The notes under the pieces are model-generated. The model was given only the letters and a program-made list of their open reading frames with translations. It did not search any database and was not told the DNA's origin. Source: a virus (lineage: Duplodnaviria; Caudoviricetes). From it: a DNA stretch of 36,896 nucleotides. Position numbers and translations under genes: made by a program. The stretch is taken from IMG/VR virus record IMGVR_UViG_3300008255_000256, positions 1-36,896 of that record; one strand, 5' to 3'. Numbering within the stretch: position 1 is the stretch's first letter; every line of letters begins with the position of its first letter. Of the stretch, positions 1-9,717 are shown one piece after another.

Positions 1-2
1 AT

Positions 3-14
3 GGGGTGCGACCA
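3..14 (+). other. possible cohesive-end (cosN-like) site
   Basis: GGGGTGCGACCA matches lambda cos GGGCGGCGACCT at 9/12 positions; it lies at the window edge upstream of the terminase genes. Confidence 0.3.
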
Positions 15-73
15 CAAAAAAAAACATGGGTACCGTTTTTTGAAGTTGCGTTATATGGTTTGTTTTATTTTTT

Positions 74-81
74 TACATTTG
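74..81 (+). promoter_or_regulatory. Bacteroidota -7 promoter element
   Basis: TACATTTG matches TAnnTTTG, 21 nt before ATG 103. Confidence 0.55.
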
Positions 82-102
82 TAATAAAAAATCGAATGTT
101 CT

Positions 103-387
103 ATGAGTGAAAAAAAACGTTATTTGTTTGTATTGCTTGGGTTGCAGTGGTTGTGTATAGTTTTAGTTTTTATTATAACTTTTACTCAATTTTACTATGG
201 TTTTGACTTCAATTACATCATGTTTATACCACTTTTATTGGTTATTTCATATAAAATATGGATGATTAGGTTTGATTATTCAGCAAAAAAGAAGCTGGAA
301 AAGGCAAATAAAGACTTTCATGCCCTTGGACGTAGTGGTAGACGTAAGTATTTATACAAGAAAGGAATCAAAAAACACATTAAATGA
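103..387 (+). CDS. hypothetical membrane protein
   Basis: Two hydrophobic segments and a basic C-terminus; ATGA overlap with the next gene. Confidence 0.65.
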   Translation: MSEKKRYLFVLLGLQWLCIVLVFIITFTQFYYGFDFNYIMFIPLLLVISYKIWMIRFDYSAKKKLEKANKDFHALGRSGRRKYLYKKGIKKHIK

Positions 388-1079
388 GTGTGGATCGGTT
401 TCTTAAACCGGCTGATTTTGGTCGATTGTGTGGTATTCCTGGAAAAACTCCTGGTGTAAAGATTAGTGTTTACATAAAACGAGGGTTGTTAAAGGCTAAT
501 GACGCTGGATTACTAGATATTAAGAATATAAAAAACAAAAATTTCATTGCTAAATCTTTATCGGAAAATTCAGCAAGGGAGGAAAGTGTAGTTTCAGATG
601 CTCCGAAGAAAAACAAGCGTATTCAGAGTGATGAGAGTGAACAAGATAATAATTCTGGATTCAATTTTGATCTAAATGAAGATGGTTCAGTTGATATAAA
701 ATCGTTACAGGCGTATTCACTGACAGATATAAAGGCGATTGAGGATATTAGATTGAAGCAAATAAATATTCGATTAAAAAATATAGAGGAATCGAAGTTA
801 CTTGGAAAAATGATTGATTCTGATTTCGCATCAGAGTCGTTATTAGTTTTCGCTCAAACATTTATGAGAATGATGAACGATCATTTGAATGGTTGGATAA
901 TGGATTTTTCTCATAGAAATAAATTATCGAATGTTGAGCTTGGAAAATTGACTGGTGAAGCTAAAATGTACATTAACAAATCATACGATGATGCATTGTA
1001 TAGTGCTGAGGAGAAAATGGAGCAAGCTAAAAAAGAAACTGTAAAAAATGCCATACAAGAAAATGCAGATGAGGAATAA
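384..1079 (+). CDS. putative terminase small subunit
   Basis: Directly upstream of and overlapping the GpA-like terminase; HTH-like N-terminus and coiled-coil-like centre. Confidence 0.7.
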   Translation: MSVDRFLKPADFGRLCGIPGKTPGVKISVYIKRGLLKANDAGLLDIKNIKNKNFIAKSLSENSAREESVVSDAPKKNKRIQSDESEQDNNSGFNFDLNEDGSVDIKSLQAYSLTDIKAIEDIRLKQINIRLKNIEESKLLGKMIDSDFASESLLVFAQTFMRMMNDHLNGWIMDFSHRNKLSNVELGKLTGEAKMYINKSYDDALYSAEEKMEQAKKETVKNAIQENADEE

Positions 1080-3069
1080 TATTTTCAAGAAATTAAAATC
1101 TGTTGATTTGCATATTTCAGAATTATATCCATCTGAGTGGGCAGAAAAAAACAGAATAATGACCAAGGAAGTTTCTCCGATTTCTGGTCCATACAGTTAT
1201 GAAAATTCACCGTACATAAAAGAGTTGGTAAATACGTTGGACCAGCGAACACCTGGAAATGTTTTCGCGTTGATGGGTGGCGCTCAGATTGGAAAATCAG
1301 TTGGACTCATCGAGAATGGTATCGGTTGGATTATTGCGAATAATCCTGGTAACATTTTATTTTTAGTTGGTCATGCTGATGTATTTCAGGATTCAGTTCG
1401 GAAAATAGACATCATGATTGAAAATACTGGACTAATTGATTTTATAGGAAATAAATCCAAAACGAGAGGTAACGCCAAGACAGGGAACACGGATTCATCG
1501 AAAGAGTTTCCGATGGGTAAATTAAAAATGGGATTAGCGAACCATAAGATGTTACGGAATTTCTCAGCTCAATATGGTTTTATTGATGATGTTGAGGCGA
1601 TGAAAGGTAGTAGTGAGGATTCTGGTTCGACTGAGAAATTAATCGATCAACGTTTTGCTGCGTATTCGAAATCAAAAAAACTGTGGTACATATCGACTCC
1701 AGAGCTTGAGGACTCATCGAATATTTACGCGATTTACCTGAAGGGTGACCAGCGTAAGTATCACGTTGAATGTTCGTGCTGCAGTAAATTAATTGTTCTG
1801 GAGTGGGAAATTGAATCAAAAAAAGACGGAACCAGATGTGGGATAGTTTGGGATTTGAATGACCAAGGCGTTTTAATTGCAGGATCTGTAAGGTACAGAT
1901 GTCAGGAGTGCAATGGAGAGTTTGATGATAGAAATAAAAAAGAAATGTTGCAGTCTGGAAAATGGATTCCGACTGCAGTTCCGAAAATAGAAAATTATAG
2001 ATCCTATCACATTTCAGCGTTATATGCTCCAGTGTATATGGATGGATGGGAAAAATATGTCAATGATTATTTGGATGCGTGTCCTCCAGGTGGTGAACGA
2101 AACGAGGCTGCATATAAAACGTTTAGAAATTTAGTTTTAGGATTGCCATACAAAATGGTTAACTCGAAATTGGATTCAAAAAAATTAATGGAGTCTCAGC
2201 GAAATTACGAGCCGTTATTAATTCCTCAATCGATTTCAGAGAATGATGGAAATGGAAAAATTGTAATGGTTACGATGGCCGCTGATATTGGGGGTACTGA
2301 ATTGGATGCGCGTATTGATTACGAGATTATTGCCTGGTCAGAAAGTGGAGCGTCGTATTCGATAGATCACGGAAGTATTGGAACGTACCAACCAAGGGAA
2401 AAATTACACATTGACAGATTGAAGCAACCGATTGACCACACTAAGGAAAATAATGTGTGGGTTTCGTTTATGGAAATAATGTTGTTTGAATTTGACATTG
2501 ACAATGATGTTGAACGTAAATTAAACATAACTGCGGTTGGAGTCGATCATGGTCACATGGGGGATTACGTAGAGGAGTTTTATAATTACTACGAACACAA
2601 CTCAGATGGTGGTCCTGAGTTATTTATGGTGAAAGGTCTGGGAGTTGCTGAAAAAATACGAGTAGACAATGATGAATTTTGGTATAAAAACTCGAAAACA
2701 GATCCAGGTAAGTTATTTATTTTAAAGGTGAATGTTATAAAAACAGCGTTATCGAATCACATGAGTTTAATTTGGCGTGAGGTTGATGATAAACAACCGC
2801 CGTGGTATATGAATTTTCCGAAATCTGTAGATGGAAAGTATTCGTATGGTAATTTTTTCTCACACTTCGAAGCTGAGGAGCGTATTATTGATGGAAAAAC
2901 ATTTTTATATGTTTGGAAGAAAAAAAGCGGCCGAATAAACCACCAGTTTGATTGTCGTGTTTATAATATGGCGGTTCGTGAGATTTTCATAAATGAATTA
3001 ATTTTCAAACCACTTGGGTTAAAGAGAGGTAACTGGAATGATTATGTATCGATTTGGAATAGTTTATAG
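1048..3069 (+). CDS. terL: terminase large subunit, lambda GpA family (start may be 1063 or 1069)
   Basis: Walker A GAQIGKS, Walker B FIDDVE, ISTP, GDQRKYHVEC..C, YRCQEC, SYHISALY, FRNLVLGLPY, NHQFDCRVY. Confidence 0.93.
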   Translation: MPYKKMQMRNNIFKKLKSVDLHISELYPSEWAEKNRIMTKEVSPISGPYSYENSPYIKELVNTLDQRTPGNVFALMGGAQIGKSVGLIENGIGWIIANNPGNILFLVGHADVFQDSVRKIDIMIENTGLIDFIGNKSKTRGNAKTGNTDSSKEFPMGKLKMGLANHKMLRNFSAQYGFIDDVEAMKGSSEDSGSTEKLIDQRFAAYSKSKKLWYISTPELEDSSNIYAIYLKGDQRKYHVECSCCSKLIVLEWEIESKKDGTRCGIVWDLNDQGVLIAGSVRYRCQECNGEFDDRNKKEMLQSGKWIPTAVPKIENYRSYHISALYAPVYMDGWEKYVNDYLDACPPGGERNEAAYKTFRNLVLGLPYKMVNSKLDSKKLMESQRNYEPLLIPQSISENDGNGKIVMVTMAADIGGTELDARIDYEIIAWSESGASYSIDHGSIGTYQPREKLHIDRLKQPIDHTKENNVWVSFMEIMLFEFDIDNDVERKLNITAVGVDHGHMGDYVEEFYNYYEHNSDGGPELFMVKGLGVAEKIRVDNDEFWYKNSKTDPGKLFILKVNVIKTALSNHMSLIWREVDDKQPPWYMNFPKSVDGKYSYGNFFSHFEAEERIIDGKTFLYVWKKKSGRINHQFDCRVYNMAVREIFINELIFKPLGLKRGNWNDYVSIWNSL

Positions 3070-3080
3070 AAAAAAAAATG

Positions 3081-3088
3081 TAAATTTG
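3081..3088 (+). promoter_or_regulatory. Bacteroidota -7 promoter element
   Basis: Intergenic TAAATTTG upstream of the sheath gene. Confidence 0.5.
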
Positions 3089-3116
3089 AAAAAAATATTA
3101 ATTAAATTATAAAATT

Positions 3117-4658
3117 ATGGCGATTTCAACAGCGGTAGGATTAGACAGACGGTCCACCATTATTGGTTTTGGTTTGGGGGCTGGCAATTTTGCGACGGCC
3201 ACTCGTCATTTACCAATGTCGATTGTAGTTCTAGGTCAAGCGAATACAGACAAGGTGTCAGGTATCGATTTAGACAAAATAGAAAGGCACTTAACCGCGA
3301 AGGAGGTTGGTGAAAAGTACGGTTATGGTTCTCCGATGCATCGTGCGATGAGAATTTTAAAGCCGTTAGGTTCTGATGGAGTTGGCGGGATTCCTGTATT
3401 TTTTGCAGCGCAATCTGACGCTGGATTAACAGCAACTGTAAAAGAAATTACAGTAACCGGAACTGTTATTAAGAATGGTGAGATCATTATCGAGATTGGA
3501 GGTAGAAAAACTTTAGATGGTGCGTCGTTAGTTGTTCCGGTTTTAATTGGAGAAACTGCTGATGATGTGATGTTGAAAATTGCAGATGCGATTACGAATT
3601 GTACGTCATGTGAATATTCAGCTGGATTCGTAACGTTAGATACTGAGGTTGTATTGACTTCGAAATTTAAAGGAATTAATTCATTGGTTCGTTTAGATGT
3701 TTCGATTTCGGTTACAGGAACTGGATTAACGATTGCGACAACAGAAGTTCCAGGAACTGGTTCACCAACAGTTACAGCGTCGTTAAATGAAATTGGAGAA
3801 AAATGGATTCCGATGTTGTTGAATACGTATTCAGTAGAATCTGACTTGATTTTAGATGAGATTCAGTCGTTTAATGGAATGCCAGGAGATACACCTACAG
3901 GTAGATATTCAGGATTGATCATGAAGCCGTTTGTTTCTTTGACTGGAGTAATTACAGAAAATGATTTCACTGAAGCGTTAGCGTATGGAGCCGTAAACAT
4001 TGATGAGGTAACTCATAGTTTTGCACCAGTACCAGCATCGAAAGGTAGTTGTTATGAGGCGGCTGCTTGGGTTGCATTGAGAGAATCTGTTTTAGCGAAT
4101 AACGACCCATCGAAGGATATTATTAATATGTCGATTGAAATGCCAGAGCCGTTTGACTTATCACTCTCACAACCGAGCTATGACGTTCGTGATGTTTGGT
4201 GTCGATCTGGAGTATCTACATCGACATGGGATGAATCTACTGGTAAATATGTAATTAAGGATTTAATTACTACGTATCGAGTTGATACAGAGGTTGAGCC
4301 AGCGTTCAGATGGGTTCGAGATGTTTATATTGATTTCAACATGAAATTTAAATATTACTTGATGCAAGTAAATCAAGTAATTGGAAAAGTAATTGTTCCT
4401 GACGACGCAACAGTTCCATCGAATATTGCGAGTAATGTTATTTCTCCGAAAGTTTTCCGTTCATTGGTTTTAGATTTGATTGATCAAATGGAGGCTGATG
4501 GATTGATAACTGACCGTGAGTTTAGTAAAGCATCGTTGGTGGTTGAAATTGATTCAACTAATCCAAACAGATTTAATTGTACGTTTGATTACAAGCGAAC
4601 TGGAATTGCTCGTATTTCGTCTACGAATGTTAGAGCTGGTCACTTTTTTGGTAATTAA
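3117..4658 (+). CDS. contractile tail sheath protein
   Basis: 513 aa; YGYGSPMHR, LITTYR and C-terminal VEIDSTNPNRFN resemble Mu gpL-type sheaths; followed by tube, chaperone and tape measure. Confidence 0.85.
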   Translation: MAISTAVGLDRRSTIIGFGLGAGNFATATRHLPMSIVVLGQANTDKVSGIDLDKIERHLTAKEVGEKYGYGSPMHRAMRILKPLGSDGVGGIPVFFAAQSDAGLTATVKEITVTGTVIKNGEIIIEIGGRKTLDGASLVVPVLIGETADDVMLKIADAITNCTSCEYSAGFVTLDTEVVLTSKFKGINSLVRLDVSISVTGTGLTIATTEVPGTGSPTVTASLNEIGEKWIPMLLNTYSVESDLILDEIQSFNGMPGDTPTGRYSGLIMKPFVSLTGVITENDFTEALAYGAVNIDEVTHSFAPVPASKGSCYEAAAWVALRESVLANNDPSKDIINMSIEMPEPFDLSLSQPSYDVRDVWCRSGVSTSTWDESTGKYVIKDLITTYRVDTEVEPAFRWVRDVYIDFNMKFKYYLMQVNQVIGKVIVPDDATVPSNIASNVISPKVFRSLVLDLIDQMEADGLITDREFSKASLVVEIDSTNPNRFNCTFDYKRTGIARISSTNVRAGHFFGN

Positions 4659-4675
4659 TTTTTAATAATATATAT

Positions 4676-5077
4676 ATGACAGTAGGAGGAGATATACTGG
4701 ATATCGTAACCACGAATCCAGATTTACCAACACATACATGGTACCCAATGGCAACAGAAGCTGGTTCGATGTCACTTGGTGGTAACATCGTTCAATCAGA
4801 AGTCAACGGCGTTGCTGGTGGTGGTTCTGAAATGGTTTATAGCCGTCAAGGTGAACGAGCGTTTTTTGAAGTTGTTTGTGCGTGTGACACGGCGGTAAGA
4901 CAGGACAATGTAGTTTGGAAAAATTACCAGCAATCAGTTTCTGAAACAACGGCAACGATTACACTTAACAACGGTACGATTTATAAGTACACTGGTATGT
5001 TAGTTGGTCCAATGGAAATGGACACAATGGCAGCAACGTTTACGTTTAGAATAGAAGGTCGAGGAGAGAAAATTTAA
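4676..5077 (+). CDS. tail tube protein
   Basis: 133 aa, beta-rich, directly after the sheath gene. Confidence 0.7.
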   Translation: MTVGGDILDIVTTNPDLPTHTWYPMATEAGSMSLGGNIVQSEVNGVAGGGSEMVYSRQGERAFFEVVCACDTAVRQDNVVWKNYQQSVSETTATITLNNGTIYKYTGMLVGPMEMDTMAATFTFRIEGRGEKI

Positions 5078-5082
5078 TAAAG

Positions 5083-5113
5083 TTTGGTAAGTGTTTAAAA
5101 AACGTTACATTTG
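5083..5113 (+). promoter_or_regulatory. Bacteroidota sigma70-type promoter (-33/-7)
   Basis: TTTG (5083-5086), 19-nt spacer, TACATTTG (5106-5113). Confidence 0.7.
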
Positions 5114-5118
5114 CGTGT

Positions 5119-5186
5119 AAGGTTTCACTACCTGACATTTCGGTTTTCATAAAAGAAAAGCACATTAGAAATAGTGTGCTTTTTTT
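5119..5186 (+). ncRNA. candidate small RNA 1 (ends approximate)
   Basis: ORF-less unit between a consensus promoter and a terminator; contains CATTTCGGTTTT. Confidence 0.45.
5156..5186 (+). terminator. intrinsic terminator
   Basis: AAAAGCACA...TGTGCTTTT hairpin followed by a T-run. Confidence 0.75.
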
Positions 5187-5195
5187 ATTTTTACG

Positions 5196-5203
5196 TATAT
5201 TTG
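5196..5203 (+). promoter_or_regulatory. Bacteroidota -7 promoter element
   Basis: TATATTTG between the terminator and ATG 5220. Confidence 0.6.
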
Positions 5204-5219
5204 AAAAAAAAATATAATT

Positions 5220-5630
5220 ATGACTAAGAAAACAGAAATGGCAGTAACAGATGAAATGGCGTTTAACGATATGCGCGCATATTTCGAAACAATGAAATTA
5301 CCAACTCAAAGAATTGATGCGTATTTAAATGATCCGGTAGTTCAGGGATTTTTACCTAAATTCTTTCAGAATGGAGTGTTAAGATTAGAAGCTGAAACAA
5401 ATTGCTTAATCCAAACGTTAGATGATGGTAGGGAAATAAAAATCCATCCAGCACGTCCAACAATGAGAGATTTAAATTCTCTTAAGCCCAATAATTATGA
5501 CCGATTAGATTCTGAAAATAAGGACTTGGTTAAGGTTTGTTTTTTGACTAAATTACCATTTAGATCATTACAGGAGGATTATTTGGCATCAGATTTAGAA
5601 TTCGCTACAAATATGTGCGTTTTTTTCTAA
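5220..5630 (+). CDS. tail assembly chaperone (gpG-like)
   Basis: Lies between tube and tape measure; ends in slippery T TTT TTC TAA. Confidence 0.7.
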   Translation: MTKKTEMAVTDEMAFNDMRAYFETMKLPTQRIDAYLNDPVVQGFLPKFFQNGVLRLEAETNCLIQTLDDGREIKIHPARPTMRDLNSLKPNNYDRLDSENKDLVKVCFLTKLPFRSLQEDYLASDLEFATNMCVFF

Positions 5631-5812
5631 GCCTTGATATTTATAAGTCGCCAATTGACCATAAGTATCATACATTAGAACAGGCTTTAGAAATGTTGTT
5701 TATATCAAAAGGATGGGGACCAAAGGAAACAATGGATTTATATCTGGACGATAATATTGACGGTATATATTTTTACCTCAATGTAGTATTAAAAATGATT
5801 AAAAAGAAATAA
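5615..5812 (+). CDS. tail assembly chaperone frameshift extension (gpT-like)
   Basis: Open -1 frame overlapping the slippery site at 5621-5627 and ending at the tape measure start. Confidence 0.65.
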   Translation: MRFFLSLDIYKSPIDHKYHTLEQALEMLFISKGWGPKETMDLYLDDNIDGIYFYLNVVLKMIKKK

Positions 5813-7972
5813 ATGAGTAAGGAACTCGTAATACCATCGAAGTTTACAATTGACGATAAGTTTTCATCAGGCTTTAAAAAGATGATGAATTCTACGAATA
5901 GTCAAATGGAGGCATCTAAAGGTGAGATGAGTAAATTTAGTTCGTTTATTAAAAACAATCAGGATTCATTTAGAACGATGGGAAGAAATGCCACTCTTGC
6001 GGGTGGCATTATTCTTGGCACGTTCGGATTAATGGCAAATGAGGCCGTTAAATTCGAGGATAAATTATCAGATGTTGCCAAAACAACTGGCTTAAAGGGT
6101 AAGGCGTTAGATGATTTTGGCTCATCGATACTCGGAATGTCTGAAAATACAAGGACATCGATTGAAGATTTAGCCACCATTGGAGAAATGGGTGGACAAA
6201 TGGGTGTAGCTCAAAAGGATTTATTATCGTTTACAGATGCGGCCAATAAATTTAATGTCGCTTTGGGTTCAGATTTCGGATCTGTTGATGAGGCGGTTAC
6301 GTCAGTGTCTAAAATAAATTCATTATTTAAAGATACTAGAGATTTAGATGTCGCTACTAATATAACTAAAGTTGGTTCTGTAATAAATCAGTTGGGAGCT
6401 GTTGGTGCTGCAACATCTGCAAATATGAATGATTTCATATTAAGGGTTGGAGCTATGCCAGGCGCATTAAAGCCATCATTAACGGCAACGGCTGCGCTAG
6501 GTGCGTATTTGGAGGAGTCAGGTGTTGATGCTCAGATTGCATCCAGTGGATTTGCGAATTTCACAAAAACTGCAGCAACGAGTTTGGGTGCCATGGCGAA
6601 AGTCATGGGAATTACAAAAACTGAGGCTCAAGAATTGTTTAATGCAGATACGGTTGGTTTTGCGTCTCAATTTGCTCAAGCTACAAAAAGCATGAACGGA
6701 ACTGAGTTAGCGTCAATGTTTGAAAAAATTGGATTAAACTCGTTAGAAGTTCAGAAAGTTATTGGAGCGTTATCGAATGATGTTGTTGATGCTGGAACTG
6801 GAATGTCTAGGCTGGGTAAGTTGACATCTGAATCGAACGATGCATTCAAGATGGGTACATCGTTGATGGATGAGTACAACACGAAAAACAGCACGACCGC
6901 CGCTGAAATGGACAAGGCGAAAAACACGATTAAATCGTTATCGATTACGATTGGACAACAGTTGTTGCCAGTTATCGCTGATTTGATGCAGGATATTATG
7001 CCGATGGTTCACTCGTTCTCATCGTGGGCAAAAAATAATAAACCGTTAGTTGCGAGTATTGCGAAATTTGCGGTTGGGTTGGGTGCTACGTTGGCGGTTT
7101 TAGGTCCCGTATTGTATTTGGTTGGTAGTATCAGTAAAGTGATGAAGTCTGCCAGTATTGCAATTGGAATAGCTAAGGTTGCGATGTCAGCGTTTGGAAA
7201 TTCTGCCACAGCTGCGTTGGGTCCAATTGGATTAATACTCGCTGCTGTCGGAACTGGTATTGCGCTGTATAGTAGCTATGCGAATTCTATGAAAAAAGCA
7301 GCCACGAACGAAGAATTAGCAACTGAAGTTCGTAAACGTGCGTTAGATGCGACGGTCGAACAACGTGTTGAGGCGATGATGCTGTTCGATACGATGAAAA
7401 AATCGAAGCAAGGAACAGACGAGTACAGAGATGCGGTTCAGAAATTAGAAGAATTACAACCGGGTATTATTCAGAAGTATCGAGATAAAAATGGCGTTAT
7501 TCGTAATGCGATTGGACTTGAGAAAGAGTACATGAATACGATAATGGCACGTGCCATGGCTGAGGCTCAAGCTGAATTAGTAAAAGAAAAATACGCAGAA
7601 GGTATCAGGAGAAAACAGGAGGGTGTAAATTCTTGGGATGTTTTAAATTCACTGATGGATCAAGGTGTTTCTGGTTTATTTCAGAACCCATTAGATCAAG
7701 AGAATATGAAAACTACCATGAAAGGCGCAATGGGTTATCGAGACAAGGACGCCAATAGATTAATGAATGAAGGCGACCGTTTAGCTGCGATGAATTTATC
7801 TAGAGATAAAAAATCGATTTCACCAGAAATGTCAGAACAGATGAATAATATTACGAAATCAGAAGTTTTATTGAAAATTGATAATAACGGTTCGATTCAA
7901 AATGTTAATTTAACAGGCGGTTCGAATTTTGCAATGAATGTAATTCCCGCGGTTGGTAGCACAATGAAATAA
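5813..7972 (+). CDS. tape measure protein
   Basis: 719 aa, Ala/Gly-rich and helical; FEDKLSDVAKTTG core typical of TP901-family TMPs; hydrophobic central segments. Confidence 0.9.
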   Translation: MSKELVIPSKFTIDDKFSSGFKKMMNSTNSQMEASKGEMSKFSSFIKNNQDSFRTMGRNATLAGGIILGTFGLMANEAVKFEDKLSDVAKTTGLKGKALDDFGSSILGMSENTRTSIEDLATIGEMGGQMGVAQKDLLSFTDAANKFNVALGSDFGSVDEAVTSVSKINSLFKDTRDLDVATNITKVGSVINQLGAVGAATSANMNDFILRVGAMPGALKPSLTATAALGAYLEESGVDAQIASSGFANFTKTAATSLGAMAKVMGITKTEAQELFNADTVGFASQFAQATKSMNGTELASMFEKIGLNSLEVQKVIGALSNDVVDAGTGMSRLGKLTSESNDAFKMGTSLMDEYNTKNSTTAAEMDKAKNTIKSLSITIGQQLLPVIADLMQDIMPMVHSFSSWAKNNKPLVASIAKFAVGLGATLAVLGPVLYLVGSISKVMKSASIAIGIAKVAMSAFGNSATAALGPIGLILAAVGTGIALYSSYANSMKKAATNEELATEVRKRALDATVEQRVEAMMLFDTMKKSKQGTDEYRDAVQKLEELQPGIIQKYRDKNGVIRNAIGLEKEYMNTIMARAMAEAQAELVKEKYAEGIRRKQEGVNSWDVLNSLMDQGVSGLFQNPLDQENMKTTMKGAMGYRDKDANRLMNEGDRLAAMNLSRDKKSISPEMSEQMNNITKSEVLLKIDNNGSIQNVNLTGGSNFAMNVIPAVGSTMK

Positions 7973-8469
7973 TGGTAGATTTAAAATACATAGGATTCGA
8001 TTTTGAGTACTCTCCATCTATTGGAGTGTCTGAGGTTCACTCTGTGTTTAATATGCCGTTGTTAGCGTTGTTTGGTGGTAATGTTGAAGAATCAGAACCG
8101 TTATTCAGGGAGCAAGGCGAAATTGTTTTATCATGGTGGGGAAATTCATACGGATTGAATGAAAATTCAAGAACTGAGCGATTTTTAAGAGACATGGTTT
8201 TATCGACCAGTACGCCAGAAAAATTAAGAAAAGTTGTATTAAGTGATTTGGCGTTTCTTAGTGAATTTATGGATATATCCGTTAGTGTTACGATTCCTCA
8301 AGCGAATAGAATTCACATTGATATATTTTTAACTGATAAAAAAACAGGAAAAACGGAGGAAATAAATTATATTTGGAACTCGTTAATGAGCGATTTGAAT
8401 GATGAAGATTCGGATAATGGTTTTATTGGAGGTTTGGGATTTGATTATGTACTCGAATTTCCGTTGTAA
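7972..8469 (+). CDS. baseplate protein (Mu gp46-like)
   Basis: LALFGGN..SWWGN motif, size and position. Confidence 0.6.
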   Translation: MVDLKYIGFDFEYSPSIGVSEVHSVFNMPLLALFGGNVEESEPLFREQGEIVLSWWGNSYGLNENSRTERFLRDMVLSTSTPEKLRKVVLSDLAFLSEFMDISVSVTIPQANRIHIDIFLTDKKTGKTEEINYIWNSLMSDLNDEDSDNGFIGGLGFDYVLEFPL

Positions 8470-8479
8470 TAATTAGTAT

Positions 8480-8824
8480 ATGGCAAAAATAGCGTTTGAA
8501 GATAAGATATCATTAGTAACGAATGATTTACCGATTAATGGTAAGTTAACTGCTGATAATGCGAATGAGATTAAGAATTCGGTGAATGCGCTGTACGATA
8601 CAGCCGTTTGGACGGTTGAACTTGATAGCGGTTTAATACGTTCGTTTTCGTCGCCTGCGTCTATTAAGATAATGTCGATAGAAAGCAGTGTTGTTCAGAC
8701 GGTTTCGATTAAAGTTAATGCTGTTACGTACACGTTGGGCGATGATATTTCTCAGTGGGATGTAATCGAAATTACTGGAGAGTACGAATCGACTGTAAAT
8801 TTATTAATAGAATCTGCGTCATGA
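8480..8824 (+). CDS. hypothetical virion-associated protein
   Basis: 114-aa ORF in the tail operon. Confidence 0.55.
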   Translation: MAKIAFEDKISLVTNDLPINGKLTADNANEIKNSVNALYDTAVWTVELDSGLIRSFSSPASIKIMSIESSVVQTVSIKVNAVTYTLGDDISQWDVIEITGEYESTVNLLIESAS

Positions 8825-9471
8825 GTGTGAAAGACTTGTTTATACCTGCGGTTGGTGGTGGAGGCGGTGTTACTATTCCAGTTGGCGCTACATTAATGAA
8901 GACTGGAGCTATTTCGTCGGTTACTGGGGATGATGGAGATTTACAAAAGGGTAGAGAAGATGGTTTTTTAACGTTATCATCTGCGCCAGTTCATTTAGAC
9001 GGTTCGGCAACATTAAACACAACAACGTTCAGATTTACAGACACATTAGGTGGTCAAACGTATGCTGATAAAATATATTTGGATTGGAGTACATGGAATG
9101 GTGTTGATTTAAATGGATATTATTTTGACCCTGACACGTTAGGTTTTTATATATGGAGTGTATTTATAACTGCGTGTAATTCATTTTCTACGGTTGAATT
9201 CCCTACTGGTTGGTATCCTCCAAACGCTGGAGAAATGTTTTCATTGGCACACCAAGGAAAAAATCAAGCGTTAAATTACGCTCCTTTTAACTTGAACTCA
9301 GGTTATCAGTTTTGGACTTCTACGAGTTCATATAATGATCCCGACCCAATAACAGGTAGCGCAAAAATTATAGTGTCAGTTCGACAATCATTAGAGCAAT
9401 CTTCTAAAGCATCTAATTACTATTATATGCCATGTAGAAAATTCACGGTAACAGGAACAACTTTATCTTAA
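8821..9471 (+). CDS. DUF1566/Lcl-like (C-type lectin fold) protein
   Basis: GDDGDLQKG, W..FITACN, GWYPPNAGEMFSL, FWTSTS and terminal YMPCR; ATG 8821 overlaps the upstream TGA. Confidence 0.6.
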   Translation: MSVKDLFIPAVGGGGGVTIPVGATLMKTGAISSVTGDDGDLQKGREDGFLTLSSAPVHLDGSATLNTTTFRFTDTLGGQTYADKIYLDWSTWNGVDLNGYYFDPDTLGFYIWSVFITACNSFSTVEFPTGWYPPNAGEMFSLAHQGKNQALNYAPFNLNSGYQFWTSTSSYNDPDPITGSAKIIVSVRQSLEQSSKASNYYYMPCRKFTVTGTTLS

Positions 9472-9475
9472 AATT

Positions 9476-9709
9476 ATGAATTATAAATTCCCTCAATTTA
9501 ATGCTGAATTAATTGATCCTAAAATAGAGGATTTAAATGCGTCTTATAGTTTAAAATGCGAGAAAGTATTGATTACAGCAACATTAAATGCTAACGGAAA
9601 TAGAATTTACATGGTTAATCTTGGTGAAATGGAAAATTCAGACGAATGGAGTGATGCCGAGGTTTTGGATTTTGCAACCAAAGAACTAGAAAAATTTATA
9701 GTGAAATAA
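9476..9709 (+). CDS. hypothetical protein (possible fibre chaperone)
   Basis: 77-aa ORF tightly packed in the operon. Confidence 0.55.
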   Translation: MNYKFPQFNAELIDPKIEDLNASYSLKCEKVLITATLNANGNRIYMVNLGEMENSDEWSDAEVLDFATKELEKFIVK

Positions 9710-9717
9710 GATAAATC

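Noticed and set aside
8755-8820. Upstream start of the DUF1566-like ORF
   Set aside because: Overlaps the previous gene by 70 nt; ATG 8821 gives a standard ATGA coupling
9200-9471. Diversity-generating retroelement
   Set aside because: No reverse transcriptase or template-repeat copy seen in the window
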